Shown: piece after piece, positions 46,516 to 58,052 of the stretch
Layout of the letters: each line of letters starts with the position of its first letter
Position numbering within the stretch: position 1 is the stretch's first letter
Assembly (NCBI GenBank): GCA_963822945.1
Contig: CAWGJO010000021.1
Span: 128,001-192,000 of the forward strand
Source: an uncultured Gemmatimonadaceae bacterium
GTDB taxonomy: Bacteria > Gemmatimonadota > Gemmatimonadetes > Gemmatimonadales > Gemmatimonadaceae
Length of the DNA stretch: 64,000 bases
Direction of reading: 5' to 3'
The notes under the pieces: generated by a model
The model's input: only the letters and a program-made list of their open reading frames with translations
The model's database searches: none
Told to the model about the DNA's origin: nothing
Translations under genes and position numbers: made by a program

Positions 46516-48355
46516 ATGCGCAAGTTCGTCCCCTGGTTTTTCGTTTCTGTCATGGCGACCGCCGGCGTGGTCGCCTGTGGGAGTGATTCATCCAGTGACG
46601 ACGGTTCGAGCGGCGGCAGCTCCGCCGGGGGCAGCGGCGCCGCAAGCGGCAGCGGGGGCAGCGCCGGCAGCGCCACCGGCGGCGCGGCAGGCAACGGAGG
46701 CGCCGCGGGGGCAACGCCGGTGGGCGATTGCAACGACGGCATCGACAACGATGGCGACGGCTACACGGACTATGGCATGGACCTCGGCTGCGCCAACGCG
46801 GACGACGACGAGATCTCCGGTCCGCGGGATCAAGAGGGTGGCTTCACCACCTACGACCCAGGACCCGACAGCCTGCTCATCTACGTGAGCTCCAGCGGGG
46901 GCGACGACGCCAACGACGGCAGCACGCCGGACAAAGCCGTGAAGACGCTCACCCGCGGCTCCGATCTGGTGCGCGACGGCGAGAACGACTTCATGCTGCT
47001 CAAACGCGGCGACACCTGGCACGGCGAAACGCTGAACCGTTTCAAGTCTGGCAAGGACGCGACCCATCCGCTGGTGATCGCCGCCTACGGCGAGTCGGAC
47101 AAGCCGCCGCGAGTCGAGATCGCCGACAATTTCATCGACCACAACGGCAAGCCGCGGAGCTTCGTGCACGTGGTGGGGCTGGAAGATCGTGTCGTACCCG
47201 AAGATCCCCGGCGGGCCCGATTTCGACGGCGCTACCGGCGGGGGCTTCCGTTACGTCGGCGGGGGAGATGGCCTGCTCATCGAAGGCTGCCACCTTTTGT
47301 ACGGCGAGATGGTGCTTCAATCGTTCGGCACCGAGCACTACGACGGCATCGAGGTCCGTCGCAACGTCATCGAGCAGAGCTACCACGTGGACACCTGCAA
47401 CCAGAACTCCACCTATCGGCCGTCGGGCATCTACTCCAGCCACGTCGCAAATCTGCTGATTGAGGGCAACGTCCTGGATCACAACGGCTGGAACGAGGAC
47501 GTCAGCTCCGCCTGCGCCAGCATGTTCAATCACGACATGTACCTCAACGCGGATCACCTCGTGATCCGCGGCAACGTCATCGCCCGGGCGTCCAGCATGG
47601 GCATCAAGATGCGCTCCGACGCCACCGGCGACGCAGACGATCTCGTGTTCGAGGACAACCTGCTGGTAGATGGCGAGATCGGCATCGGCATCGGTGGCAA
47701 CACCAGTGAACCGGATCGCTTTTCCAACGTGCAGATCAAGAACAACGTGTTCACGCAGATCGGCCTCGGGAACCCCACCAATCGGAACTTTGCCTGGATG
47801 CTGGACGTCGCGGACAACGCCACGGCTACGATCGAAGGCAACTACTTCCTGCACCAACCTTGGTACACGAACGCCTATGGCATCTCCATGGCCAGCGGCT
47901 CCGCCAGCGACATCACCATCAAGGACAACCTGTTCTACGATCTCAAGGGGCGCGGCATCTCGCTCGCGCCCCAAAGCGGCTGGTCCAACGTCAAGGTGAC
48001 CAAGAACCTTATCATCGACCCGTCCAACGGCTCGTGCCTGGTGGACCACCAAGGCTCCTTCGCGAACGTGACCTATTCGGACAACCAATACGGCGGGACG
48101 ATCCGGCTGTGCGTAGACAAGAACGACGTGGATCTCGCGGGTTGGAAGTCCGCATCCGGCGAGGCCAGTGCCAGCCAGTGGAGCGGTAGCTTCAGCGATC
48201 CTGATCGCACCGTCGGCAGCTATGCCGGCAGCTTGGGCTTGCCGGCCACCCTGGAAGGCTTCTTGGACGAAGCGCGCAAGCAGAGCCGCCTGACCTGGCG
48301 GGAGGATCTGACGGCCAGCACCGTGAACGCGTACATTCGCGCCGGCTTCAACTGA
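46516..48355 (+). CDS. Lipoprotein with right-handed parallel beta-helix domain (frameshift ~47183)
   Basis: Lipobox VVAC; Gly linker; CNDGIDNDGDG..D; YVSSSGGDDANDG; LLKRGDTW; LLIEGN, VIRGNV, IKNNV repeats. Confidence 0.8.
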
Positions 48356-48447
48356 TCTGCGGCGCGGCACGTGCGGTTCGAGTAGAGCGCTTTAGCGTCC
48401 AACACGGCGGTCCGTTTTCGAGCCTCGAGCCGTCCTGCCGAACCACC

Positions 48448-49437
48448 TCAGTCCGCGAACAGCCTGACGAGATCCAAGCGAGACGCGATACCGAGCTTGC
48501 GCATTGCGTGCGTGAGGTGCGTCGCTACCGTCGACTTGCTCAATCCCAGATGATATGCAACCAGCCGGTTGGTGTGGCCCATGGCCGCCAGAGCGACGAC
48601 CTGGGACTCTCGCTCGCTCAGTCCCCGAGGATCCGCGAGCTGCTCGTCGTTCCGGCGGGCGACGATGAATCGCCGTCCATCCGAGTCGAAGCTGTCGACC
48701 AGGCTCCAGCGTCCGTCGACCAAAGCACGCCACTGTGCGAGGGCTTCGTCTTCATGCGTCCTGACGGAGCTACGGGCGCGATCGATAGAAAGAGCGGCGA
48801 GGCGTAGCTTCTCACGAGCGCTGGGCTTCTCAGATTCGCCCGCAGCGTGAGTCACTCGACCGCCCGCGTCCAGCACTGCGTCATCTCGGCCCAGGGCGTC
48901 CAACGGAGACGCGCCGGCGAGCGCTTCACGCAGTCTGAGGCCGGCGCCAAGATGCGCCGCGATCTGCGACCACCTCGTTCGGAAGTGGTGATCCGCCCGG
49001 GTGATTTGGTCTCGGGGCGCCGCGATGGCGATGCAACTGTCGCCGTTCAACCCACGACAGCCGAGTACGTCGTGGATTCCGTATGGACCGAACGATTCGG
49101 CAAAGAGCCCGCCTTCAATCGTCAGAGCGCCTTCCGAGGCTTCACTGGTGCTCGCCGCTGGACCGAACTCCACATGGGCTCGCCTGAGGCCGACCACATC
49201 GGCTTGGGCCATCCACGCCCGCACCAGTTTCACGAGTGCAGGGCTGAGCCCGGAGCTCGCGAACCCCGTAAGCTTCAGGCGCCCGTTTTTGGGAAACCTG
49301 TAGGTGTAGCTGGTACAGCCCAAGCCTTCATCGAGCAGAGGACTGGCGGCGGCGTTGACCGCGTCGAGCCAAGCTGCGTCCGTGCGCTGCAGCGCATATG
49401 CGCACTCCACCAGCTGGATGACGTCGCTCGTTGTCAT
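48448..49437 (-). CDS. LuxR-family HTH regulator with large N-terminal sensor region
   Basis: LSERESQVVALAAMGHTNRLVAYHLGLSKSTVATHL..AMRKLG; W..LV.GRWSLVD.FD.DGRR. Confidence 0.88.
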   Translation of the reverse strand: MTTSDVIQLVECAYALQRTDAAWLDAVNAAASPLLDEGLGCTSYTYRFPKNGRLKLTGFASSGLSPALVKLVRAWMAQADVVGLRRAHVEFGPAASTSEASEGALTIEGGLFAESFGPYGIHDVLGCRGLNGDSCIAIAAPRDQITRADHHFRTRWSQIAAHLGAGLRLREALAGASPLDALGRDDAVLDAGGRVTHAAGESEKPSAREKLRLAALSIDRARSSVRTHEDEALAQWRALVDGRWSLVDSFDSDGRRFIVARRNDEQLADPRGLSERESQVVALAAMGHTNRLVAYHLGLSKSTVATHLTHAMRKLGIASRLDLVRLFAD

Positions 49438-49518
49438 CGACCCTCGGCGGCCTAGCCGTTCCATTGATGATGACGGGGCTCAGGGCGAAACAGAACCGAA
49501 ATTGCATCGAGCTACGCG

Positions 49519-49833
49519 ATGGGCATGATGAACCGCATGAAGCGCTCGCGGGCTACCATGGGAGCCCCCAAAGATTTGCGGGTTACGCCGCTTGGGTGGG
49601 AGAAGCTCATGGTCCTGAGCTTCGCGCTGCCGCAGCATCTGTTGCCAGCTGGGCTGACCGCTGCCGAGCGCGCGGTCCTCGACCTCCTACTGGCTGGCGA
49701 ATCGAATCGCGCGATCGCTCAGGCGCGCGGCGTGGCTCCCAGCACGGTCGCCAACCAGATCGGATCGTTGTTTCGCAAGCTTGGCGTCCGCTCCCGCGCC
49801 GAGCTCGCGCGCAAGCTGTCCCAACGAAGCTGA
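49519..49833 (+). CDS. Small stand-alone LuxR HTH protein
   Basis: [22 protein letters not shown]...[16 protein letters not shown]. Confidence 0.85.
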   Translation: MGMMNRMKRSRATMGAPKDLRVTPLGWEKLMVLSFALPQHLLPAGLTAAERAVLDLLLAGESNRAIAQARGVAPSTVANQIGSLFRKLGVRSRAELARKLSQRS

Positions 49834-49863
49834 GCGAGTTCCCCCGTAGCCCGCGCAATCCGG

Positions 49864-51282
49864 CTACGGCGCTTCTGGGGCAAACGGTTTCGGTTTCGTC
49901 TTGGTGCTGGGCGCCGGTGGCTTCGCCGGCGCCGCGGTCGTTGCTGCGGGCAGCGGCGCGCTGGACGCACGCGGCTTGCTCGCAATCGGGCGGACCGGCA
50001 CAGGGCGCGCGCTCGGTTTTGCGCTCGCGCTCACGCTTGCGCTCGGTGCCGGCGGTTCGGAAAGCGGTGGCGGAGCCGGCGTGGTGGCGGGCTCCGGCGA
50101 CTGCGTCTCGCTCGCCGTGGCCGCCAATTCCGACGCCGAGGCGCCGGGCGAGGCGGAGCTCGCGGAGCGCAAGGCGACGACGCCCGTGGTCGCCGCGATG
50201 CCGACGACAATCACCGCGCCGACGGCGAGCAGCGCCGGCAAGCGTCGCTGAGGCACGAATTCCGCCTGCGGAGTGGTGCGCGAAAGGGGACTCGCGGTGT
50301 TGCCGATGCCCGACTCGGCTTCGGCGATGAGCGGCGGCGGGACGGCGACTGCTGCTCCGGTGACGAGCGCGGTGGGCGCGGTCGGTAGTGCTTCGGGTGC
50401 GCCCACGCCCAGGGCCTCGCCCAGCGCCACGACCTGATGGCCCACGGTGCGCCAGCGGCGCCCGGGATCGCGCTCGCACGAGCGCGCGAACCATGCGTCG
50501 AAGGCCGGGCCCAGCGTGGGCAACCGAGTCGAAGGCGGTGCTAGGGGTTCGGACACGATCTGCAGCACGAGCGCAGCGAAGGTGTTGGCCTGCCAGTACA
50601 CCTCGCCCGTGAGCAGTCGATACGCGATGAGCCCGATGGCCCACTGGTCCGTGGGCGGCCCCACGATGTCGTGGCGCCCGCGCGCTTGCTCCGGTGCCAT
50701 GTACAGCGGCGTGCCGAAGATGGCGCCGCTCTTGGTGAGGCCGCCGCCCTCCGCCGTGCTGCCGCCGGCTTCGCTGCCCATGGCCTTGGAAATGCCGAAG
50801 TCCAGGATCTTGACGATGCGGGTTCCGTCTTCGCGGTGGTGCAAAAACAGATTCTCGGGCTTCAGGTCGCGGTGGACGATGCCGATGGCGTGCGCCTTGT
50901 CCAACGCGCGCGCGACCTGGGACAGCCAATCGACGACTTCGGCGGCGGGCAGGGGCCCGCGCTCGGTGACGATCTTCTCCAGGTCCTGCCCTTCGAGCAG
51001 CTCCATGACCAAGAACGGAGCGCCGTCCAGCTCCGCCGCGACGTCCGCGTCGGTGACCTTGACGACGTTCTCGCTCTTGATCCGCGCGGGAGCCCGCGCC
51101 TCGCGCTTGAAGCGCGCGACGACATCGGGTTTTGCGCCGGCGTGCCCGTGGAGCAGCTTCAGCGCGAGCCGATCCCCGGTGTTCGTGTGCTCCACCAGGT
51201 ACACCGCGCCCATACCACCGCGCCCGAGCTCGCGGATGACGCGATAGCGGGAGGCGATGGTGTAGGGGAGCGCGGCGGACAT
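49864..51282 (-). CDS. Hanks-type Ser/Thr protein kinase with TM and Pro/Ala-rich tail
   Basis: [40 protein letters not shown]. Confidence 0.96.
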   Translation of the reverse strand: MSAALPYTIASRYRVIRELGRGGMGAVYLVEHTNTGDRLALKLLHGHAGAKPDVVARFKREARAPARIKSENVVKVTDADVAAELDGAPFLVMELLEGQDLEKIVTERGPLPAAEVVDWLSQVARALDKAHAIGIVHRDLKPENLFLHHREDGTRIVKILDFGISKAMGSEAGGSTAEGGGLTKSGAIFGTPLYMAPEQARGRHDIVGPPTDQWAIGLIAYRLLTGEVYWQANTFAALVLQIVSEPLAPPSTRLPTLGPAFDAWFARSCERDPGRRWRTVGHQVVALGEALGVGAPEALPTAPTALVTGAAVAVPPPLIAEAESGIGNTASPLSRTTPQAEFVPQRRLPALLAVGAVIVVGIAATTGVVALRSASSASPGASASELAATASETQSPEPATTPAPPPLSEPPAPSASVSASAKPSARPVPVRPIASKPRASSAPLPAATTAAPAKPPAPSTKTKPKPFAPEAP

Positions 51283-51288
51283 GGGAGC

Positions 51289-52922
51289 TCAGTCCGGAAC
51301 GAAAACCTTGTCCGCAGACGTACAAGCCGTGGAAAGGGTGCACGGTGAACCGACGACGAACCCCTGCACCTTAGCGGCCGGGTACACTGGGTCTTGCCTG
51401 GTAGCGCACGAAACCCGGCTTGAGCGGTGCGCCCACCGGCACGTCCTGTTTCACCAGCCAGCCCATCACGGCTTCATACTTGAACCCTGAGGGCAGTCGG
51501 ATGCAGTTCCGGTCACACCTACGACGCTCGCGTGTTTCCGATGCTGGAGTTGTAGCAGCGGACCGCGGGGACAGTGTCGGGTTGCTGGGACTTGTACATC
51601 TTGGCCGCGAATACCAAGTCCCAGCCCGCCTCGTTGTCGTACGGGCTCCACATCGCATCGGCATTCACCAGCGGTAAACCGTTGAGGAAGTTGTCCTTCT
51701 CACCCTTCGGAACCAACGTGTAAACGGTGACGAAACAACTTCCGTAGGCATCCCCATAGAGACCGTCGCAGTTGTTGTCTTGGAACGGCTGGCAGCTATC
51801 TTGGGACTTGGGGCCTACGTCCCCGGTGCACAACGACCACTGAACGATGGTGCCGTTGAGTACGCAATCTTGCGTGCCTGCCTGGCACGTCCCAGTGCCG
51901 TCTTCAGGGTGTGAGTTGCATGACCGGTCCTGTCCCACAGCCACATTCCCGGGTTGGCACTTACAAGCAAGGTCACTCTTGTCAGGAACCCCGTTGCAGT
52001 TTTCGTCACCTGCCGACGAGCAATTGGTTGCGGGAGTGACGGTCGACTTGCACGGGCTCCACGCCGACGAGCGCCCATTGAACATACACTGCTGGACTCC
52101 AACTGCGCACGCTCCGAGTTGCCCGGTCTGACAGCTTTGCGTTTGCCCAGATTGGCATTGGCACGCAGAGGTTTCCGACTTGTCGGCCGTGCCGTTGCAG
52201 TCGTTGTCTGCCTCGGACGCGCAGTTCTTTTCCGCTGGTCCCACCGCGCCGTTGCAGGCCCCAGCAACGCCGTTCACGCATTCGCGCACGCCGAGCTTGC
52301 AGATCCCGACGCCGTCCTTGGACGAGTCGAGGCCGGGGATCGCAGTGCCCTGGGAAGAATCGCTGCACTTTGGCGGATTGCTCGGGTCGCAGGCGCAGGA
52401 CTTGCCGCCCGCGGCTTGTTCGTCATCGGCGTTGCCGTCGCAGTCCTGGTCTTTGGTGTCACAGCGATCCGGATTGCTGCCGTCGGCTGGGCCGTCCCAA
52501 GCCCCGGGATACGTGTTCGCGTCCGCGTCGTCGCAGTCGTCGCCCACCTCGATCACGCCGCCCCCGGAGGCGACGCAATTCGCCTTGGCGTGCCCGTCGC
52601 CGTCGTCGTCCCGGGCTTTGAACACGCACTTGCCGAGCACGGTGTCGCAGCTCGCATCGGCGCAGCCGGCCGGCGTCGTGGCCGGCATTTGTGCAGCACA
52701 ATCAGCCGCGGTCTGGCAGTCGATTGCGGGTCCGCCCCCGGTCGCGCCGGTTCCCGTCGCGCCGGTCGCCCCCGTGCCCGTGGCACCGGTGCCCGTGGCG
52801 CCGGTACCACCCGCGCCGCCACCGCCTCCGTTGGTCCCGCCCGAGTCGCCTCCGCCCCCGCACGCCGCAACGACCCCCAACACCAAGAACGCAGCGACCG
52901 AACCGATTCTCACAGTACGCAT
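51289..52922 (-). CDS. Cys-rich lipoprotein with MopE-like repeats; 3' end frameshifted (end inferred)
   Basis: Lipobox VAAC; GATG linker; [38 protein letters not shown]; tail plausibly continues to TGA at 51289. Confidence 0.72.
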
Positions 52923-52934
52923 GGCATTTCTTCC

Positions 52935-54425
52935 TCAGTTGCACCCCAGTGAAAACGCACTGAAGCTGCTGTTGCCGCTCTCGGCGCCCAGCACGTAGAG
53001 CGTGCCGTCGCTCGCCGGCGTGCCGCCGCCCGATGGGCTCGCGATATCGACGGCGCCGCCGCTGGGGGTACCGTCGGGAGTGAAGCGGCGAGCTTGCATG
53101 AGCCCTCCGCTCGACAACCAAGTGACGAGCCATTCGCCGCGCGCCGCGTTCCATGTCACGGCCGGCTGCGTCGCCAGCGCGCCCGTCGGCGCGACCTCGA
53201 CGCTCGCGCTGAAACCCACGCTCGCCGTGGGAGCGTCGAAATTGCCCAACGCCAGACGCACGCTCTGGCTGCCGGGGCAACCCAGCTCCGCCGCGACCGC
53301 CACGCTGGCGGTGGGGGAAACGGCGATGGCTGCGCTGCGGGCACCGACCAAGTCCGGAATGGTAATGACACCCGGCTTGGCGCCGCCGGCCAAGAGCGCA
53401 TCACGCGCCACAGTCCACACCGAGACGTCGTTGCTGACCGGTGCGGCCACCAACACGATCCCGCTCCCGGCGACGGGCGCCACACCCGGTGGCCGCACAG
53501 AGAGGGAGTCTGACGTGAGGGTGCGCTCGACGGCCTTGGCCAACGCCGGGCTCGCACTGGCCGCCTTCTCCACGAGCAGTGCGCGCAGGGGCGCGGGGGC
53601 CGCGGCGCTGCAGTCGTCCAGAGCATCGCGCGCGGATAGCGGAACGTCGAAATACAGCGCCATGGCCGTCTTCGGGTCGTCCGCGAAGAACGCTAGGGCC
53701 GGGAGCGCCACACCGGCGGCGGTGGCGTTGCACGCTAGGTCAGCCTTGCCCGCGATGCCTGCGCTGTAGCGATAGGAAAGCGCGCCTTTGCCGCAGCCGC
53801 TGGTCAGCACGAACAGTGCAGCGCCGCCGGATTCGGCAAGCTGCACGTAGGGCTGCCGCGGTGCCAAGGTCGGCTCACTGGATAGAAACGAGCAACCGTC
53901 GAACAAAAATCCGGGATTTTGGCCCTGCATGCGCACGGCTTGGATGCAGCTGCCGCCGCCGGTCTGCACCAGCAGGCTGGCGACGACGTCCGAACCGTTG
54001 TCGCTCGCGAAGGTGACGTCCGCCGTGGACGGCAACGTGCCGAGCTTCTGTACCTCGCCGGCCGGAGTGGCGGCGACCACGAACTCGTCCACGATGCCGT
54101 CGCAGTTGTTGTCCTTGCCGTCGCACTGCTCGTCCACTCCCGAGCGGTTGCTCGGATTCGCGTCGTCGCAGTCGCCGCCGCCGCAGGCGACGGTCGGATC
54201 CCCGTCGCGGTCGTCATCGCGCGGACGCCGAACGCAGCGCTGGCTCGCCGGATCACACTGGAACGGATTGCAGGTGGGCCCCGGGTCGAGTCGATTGCAC
54301 ACGTCCGCGCCCTGGCTCAGGGCCGGACTGCACGGCTCCACGTCGTAGTCCGCCAACCCGCCGAACGTGCAACTCGCGATCGCACCCAGCAGCCCAACGA
54401 GACCCAGCCCGCGAAGCCGGCGCAT
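52935..54425 (-). CDS. Lipoprotein with MopE-like motif and propeller-like domain
   Basis: Lipobox IASC; DDDRDGD, DCDDANP, EQCDGKDNNCDG. Confidence 0.72.
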   Translation of the reverse strand: MRRLRGLGLVGLLGAIASCTFGGLADYDVEPCSPALSQGADVCNRLDPGPTCNPFQCDPASQRCVRRPRDDDRDGDPTVACGGGDCDDANPSNRSGVDEQCDGKDNNCDGIVDEFVVAATPAGEVQKLGTLPSTADVTFASDNGSDVVASLLVQTGGGSCIQAVRMQGQNPGFLFDGCSFLSSEPTLAPRQPYVQLAESGGAALFVLTSGCGKGALSYRYSAGIAGKADLACNATAAGVALPALAFFADDPKTAMALYFDVPLSARDALDDCSAAAPAPLRALLVEKAASASPALAKAVERTLTSDSLSVRPPGVAPVAGSGIVLVAAPVSNDVSVWTVARDALLAGGAKPGVITIPDLVGARSAAIAVSPTASVAVAAELGCPGSQSVRLALGNFDAPTASVGFSASVEVAPTGALATQPAVTWNAARGEWLVTWLSSGGLMQARRFTPDGTPSGGAVDIASPSGGGTPASDGTLYVLGAESGNSSFSAFSLGCN

Positions 54426-54426
54426 G

Positions 54427-55647
54427 TCAGAAGCTCCCCCAGGCGCCAGCGCCGGCGCCGGAAGGGCCGACCAGCGGCGTGAGCGCGACGCGGCCCTTCT
54501 CCGTGCCGGGCAAGCCCCAATCGGTGGTGAAGGCCAGCACGCCGGCGCCCACGGCGAGCATGCCACCGGCCACGAACAGGATGTTCGCCGTGGTGGACTG
54601 GCCCTTGATGTCGTCGCGCACCGCGGAGTCGCGCTCCAGCGGATCCTTCGCCTGCTCGTCGTCGGATTTGCTCTTCGCGTCGATTGCCAGGTACGTGCCG
54701 GCGCCCACGGCCACCACGCTGGCTCCGGCAACGCCATAGAAGATCCACCGGGGCGTTCCGCTGCTGCCCGTTGCCCGCGCATCTGCGCGCAAGCGGATGC
54801 GCACGGCAGCGTCTTGACGATCCGATAGCTCCTGGCTCCAGCGGAAAGGCAGGTAGCCCGGCGCGCGCACTACCAACGTGTGACGCCCGACGTCGACTTC
54901 CCTCGCGCGATCCAGGCTTCCGGGCTCCACCGCGTCGCCGTCCAGCGTGACCGACAGCCCCGCCGGTCGCGTGCCGAAGCGCAGCAGAAGGCGAGCAGTG
55001 GGCACCCGCTCCAGCCGAACTTCCACTCGCTTCTGCTCACCCTCGGCAAGTGTTACGCGCTCGTGAAACGGCTTGCTGCGGGCGCCGTGCGCTACCACTT
55101 CCAGCGTGCCGGGATCCGTCTCCACCGCGACGCCCCACGCCGCCCGCTGCAGCTCCGCACCGCTGACGGTGACGCGAAATCCCGGGGGCGGATCGCTGGG
55201 CACCACGACGGTCAAACGCGGAACCTTGCCTTCGATCTCCGCCGCCTCGCTGGCCGCCGCATCGCGCGTTGCCGAGTAACGCTTCTCGCCCGAGGCGGTC
55301 AGCCGGTCCTGCGCTTCCCGCGCGGACAGCTTGTACTGCGTGTACGCGCTGGCCACCTGCCCGAGCGCGCGATGGCAGCGGGCGATGTACAGCCGCGTGT
55401 TTGGGCTCGCCTGCAGCTCCAGACTCGCCTTGAAGGCCACCAGCGCCTCTTCGAACTGCCCCGCTTCGAAGGCGCTCTTGCCCTCGATGAACTTGTTCAA
55501 TGACGCGCTCTGGGTGCCTTGGTCGGCGTGCGCCGATACGGGCGCCACCATCGGCCCGGCAGCGACGATAGCGAGCTGCAGCAGAAGTGCGATTTCGTAC
55601 AACCACCGCGCTCCAGCGGCTGCCCCGACCAAATTGGATCGCAACAT
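54427..55647 (-). CDS. TPR + PEGA-domain membrane protein
   Basis: F.EG..AF..G.FEEAL..FKAS..L..SPNT.LYIARC; two PEGA-like beta domains; C-terminal hydrophobic pair and GAGAWGSF end. Confidence 0.82.
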   Translation of the reverse strand: MLRSNLVGAAAGARWLYEIALLLQLAIVAAGPMVAPVSAHADQGTQSASLNKFIEGKSAFEAGQFEEALVAFKASLELQASPNTRLYIARCHRALGQVASAYTQYKLSAREAQDRLTASGEKRYSATRDAAASEAAEIEGKVPRLTVVVPSDPPPGFRVTVSGAELQRAAWGVAVETDPGTLEVVAHGARSKPFHERVTLAEGEQKRVEVRLERVPTARLLLRFGTRPAGLSVTLDGDAVEPGSLDRAREVDVGRHTLVVRAPGYLPFRWSQELSDRQDAAVRIRLRADARATGSSGTPRWIFYGVAGASVVAVGAGTYLAIDAKSKSDDEQAKDPLERDSAVRDDIKGQSTTANILFVAGGMLAVGAGVLAFTTDWGLPGTEKGRVALTPLVGPSGAGAGAWGSF

Positions 55648-55941
55648 CTCACCTTCCGCCTACCGGCCCGGCGCTGGGCTTTCTATGGGCATTTGGTCGA
55701 GGACTGCCGTCAATCAGGTAGGCTCCGCGTCCTTCCGTGGCCGCGGCGCCTGAGGACGCCACCAGCCAACGTCGAAGTCCGCGCCGCCGCTCGATCCCCG
55801 CGAGGGGTATCGAGGTCGACGTGAGCCCGGCCCGCGCCGATGCGCACGCCCGCGGCAAGGTGAGCTCCCGCGACCGCGGCTGGGGACGTTGCAGCTCGCG
55901 CGCCGCTTGCCCTCACGCCTGACAGCCAATACGCTGAGAGA

Positions 55942-56385
55942 ATGAGGTTTAGCGTGATTGCGATTGGGGCAGTACTGGCCATGGCGTGCAGCTCGGGTTC
56001 GAGCGGAGGCGGGGGTTCCCAGACGAGTGCCGCATGCCAGAGCGCCTGCAGTCACGCCTCGAGCGTCTGCCCTGCCCAGTTCCAAGACACGGCAAAGTGC
56101 GAGAGTGGTTGCTCGGCCCTATCTCCCGGTCGGGTCGCGTGCTTGAGCGTCGAAAGCACTTGCGAGTTTCTGGAGCGCTGCGCCGAGGGCAGCCCAGCGA
56201 CCGGCGGCGGCGCAACGCAGGCTGCCTGTAACGAGGGCTGCGCACATGCCGCGCAACAATGCCCAGAACAGTTTCAAGACACCGCAAAATGCGAGTCGTC
56301 GTGCCCTCAACTCTCCCCGGGCCAAGCGGCGTGTTTGGCGGTGGATACGACTTGCGACCTCTTGACAGCGTGCGTCGGCGAGTGA
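55942..56385 (+). CDS. Small lipoprotein with two tandem 8-Cys repeats
   Basis: Lipobox AMAC; AC..C.HA...CP.QFQDTAKCES.C..LSPG..ACL.V..TC..L..C twice. Confidence 0.8.
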   Translation: MRFSVIAIGAVLAMACSSGSSGGGGSQTSAACQSACSHASSVCPAQFQDTAKCESGCSALSPGRVACLSVESTCEFLERCAEGSPATGGGATQAACNEGCAHAAQQCPEQFQDTAKCESSCPQLSPGQAACLAVDTTCDLLTACVGE

Positions 56386-56440
56386 GCGCGGCCGCCGGTC
56401 TCGTGGAGCAGCACGGCCAGGCTCCCCGGCGTCGTCATCC

Positions 56441-57806
56441 TCAGGGGTGACCGGAGGGGAGGTCTTCCAGTGCGGTACCCGGCGCCGCACACAGCACGAA
56501 CGGTCCGGGCGGGGCGTCCTGCAAGCGCACGTCCATCAGCTTCTGACCCAGCATTGCCGGGAGCGGCGAGTCCGTCAGTTGCCACAGCGCCTCAGGGTGC
56601 TCGTCGGGGTTGTTCGGGATCTCCCAGCGCCGGGGATCGTAGCGAAGCGCACCGAGCAGGCCCACCGCAAGGGTGACGCCCAGCGCGGCGCCCAGCACGG
56701 CGCGGCGGCGCGGCGGCCAGCTCGCGGCGGCGAAGATCGCCACCCAAAGCGAAAGCGCGAGCAGCCGCGGACCGAACGTCATACCGCCCCACCACTTGTA
56801 GAACACCGCCGCCACGACGAGCTGCGCCGCGACTCCCACAGTCAGCGGCAGAGCGAGCCGAGTACGAGGCCACGCGCCCACGAGCCACACCGGCGCAAAC
56901 CACAGAACGCCGCGCGCGGGGCTCACCAGCAAACCGGCCGACCCCAACGCTAGGTGCCCCGGCGAGAAATTGAAGATCTTTTCCGTCGCACGCGCGTTGG
57001 CCGTCAGCTGACCGGGCGACACGATCGAGTCGAAGTACCACAGGTTCCAGATCATCACCGGCATCACTGCGAAGATCGCGACGATGCCCGCTGCTAACAC
57101 CACGGCGGGCGGAGCCTTGGCTTCGCGAGCAGCGAGGGCGCCGAACACGGCGACGGCCACACACAGGGGTGCGTCCGGGGGGCGCAGCGTGGCGGCGAAA
57201 ACGGCAAAGGCCACCGCCGGCACCAGGAGCCACGGCCGCTGTCGCGTCCAGGCCGCCGCCGCCAGAGCGGCCAGCAGCGCGGGGAGCGCTGCGGTCTGTT
57301 GCCACGAAACCTTGTCCCAGGGTCGGCGCGCCGGCGAAGGAGCACCCCGCTACCAGCGCGCCCGCCGCCGCCCAACGCCACCCCACGCGCGCGAGCAGCG
57401 CCAGCGCCAGCAGCGCGGTGGAGAGGGCGAGGGCCAGCGCGGAGCCATGGCGCGCTTTTCGCCTCAGGACCTCATCGGTCACCTGAGTCTTTGGTGCGAG
57501 CCCACTCGCGAACATCTCGCCCAGATAGCCGGGGCCCGGACCGAAGCTCGATACCAACTTCTTTCCGTCGGAAGACGGCAGGGCGTAGTACGGCAACCGT
57601 CCGCTCCGGGCTCGCTGTCGGAGCCAGGCTACGCTTGCCAGATCCGACGTTCCGCTGCACGTCAGGCTGACCATGCCGAGCCGGCCGGGAACCGTGTCGC
57701 CGCCCTGCGGCAGGAGCGGCACGGCCAGCGTGATCGCTAGCACCACAAGCGCAGCCACGAGTGGCACGACGATTCGCACAGCCAGCGCAGGTTCGAGCTT
57801 CGCCAT
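56441..57806 (-). CDS. Multi-TM GT-C-like membrane protein (frameshift ~57305)
   Basis: GLLVSPARGVLWFAP, WWGG.TFGPRLL motifs typical of membrane glycosyltransferase-like proteins. Confidence 0.6.
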
Positions 57807-58052
57807 CTTCACCAGAACGCGCCGCGCCCTAGCGCGGAACCATGCACTTTCCGGCTTCGCAGACCGGTGCGGTGCGCGTGATCATCCGACGCAGAGCATG
57901 CACCGCGATCTCGGCAAACAACAGCGGATCGGAACCGGCCGCGCCCGGGGATGCTTGGAATGACCAGGGTACCGGCCACCGGTGAGTCCACTCGAAACAC
58001 GACATCCGTCACTCCCGCGCCGCGTCGATCGTGCTAATTTAGCGCTGGGGGC

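Noticed and set aside
58004..58012. Extra GTGACGGAT (minus strand) as another ECF target
   Set aside because: No CCCAAA-like -10 element at the 12-nt spacing
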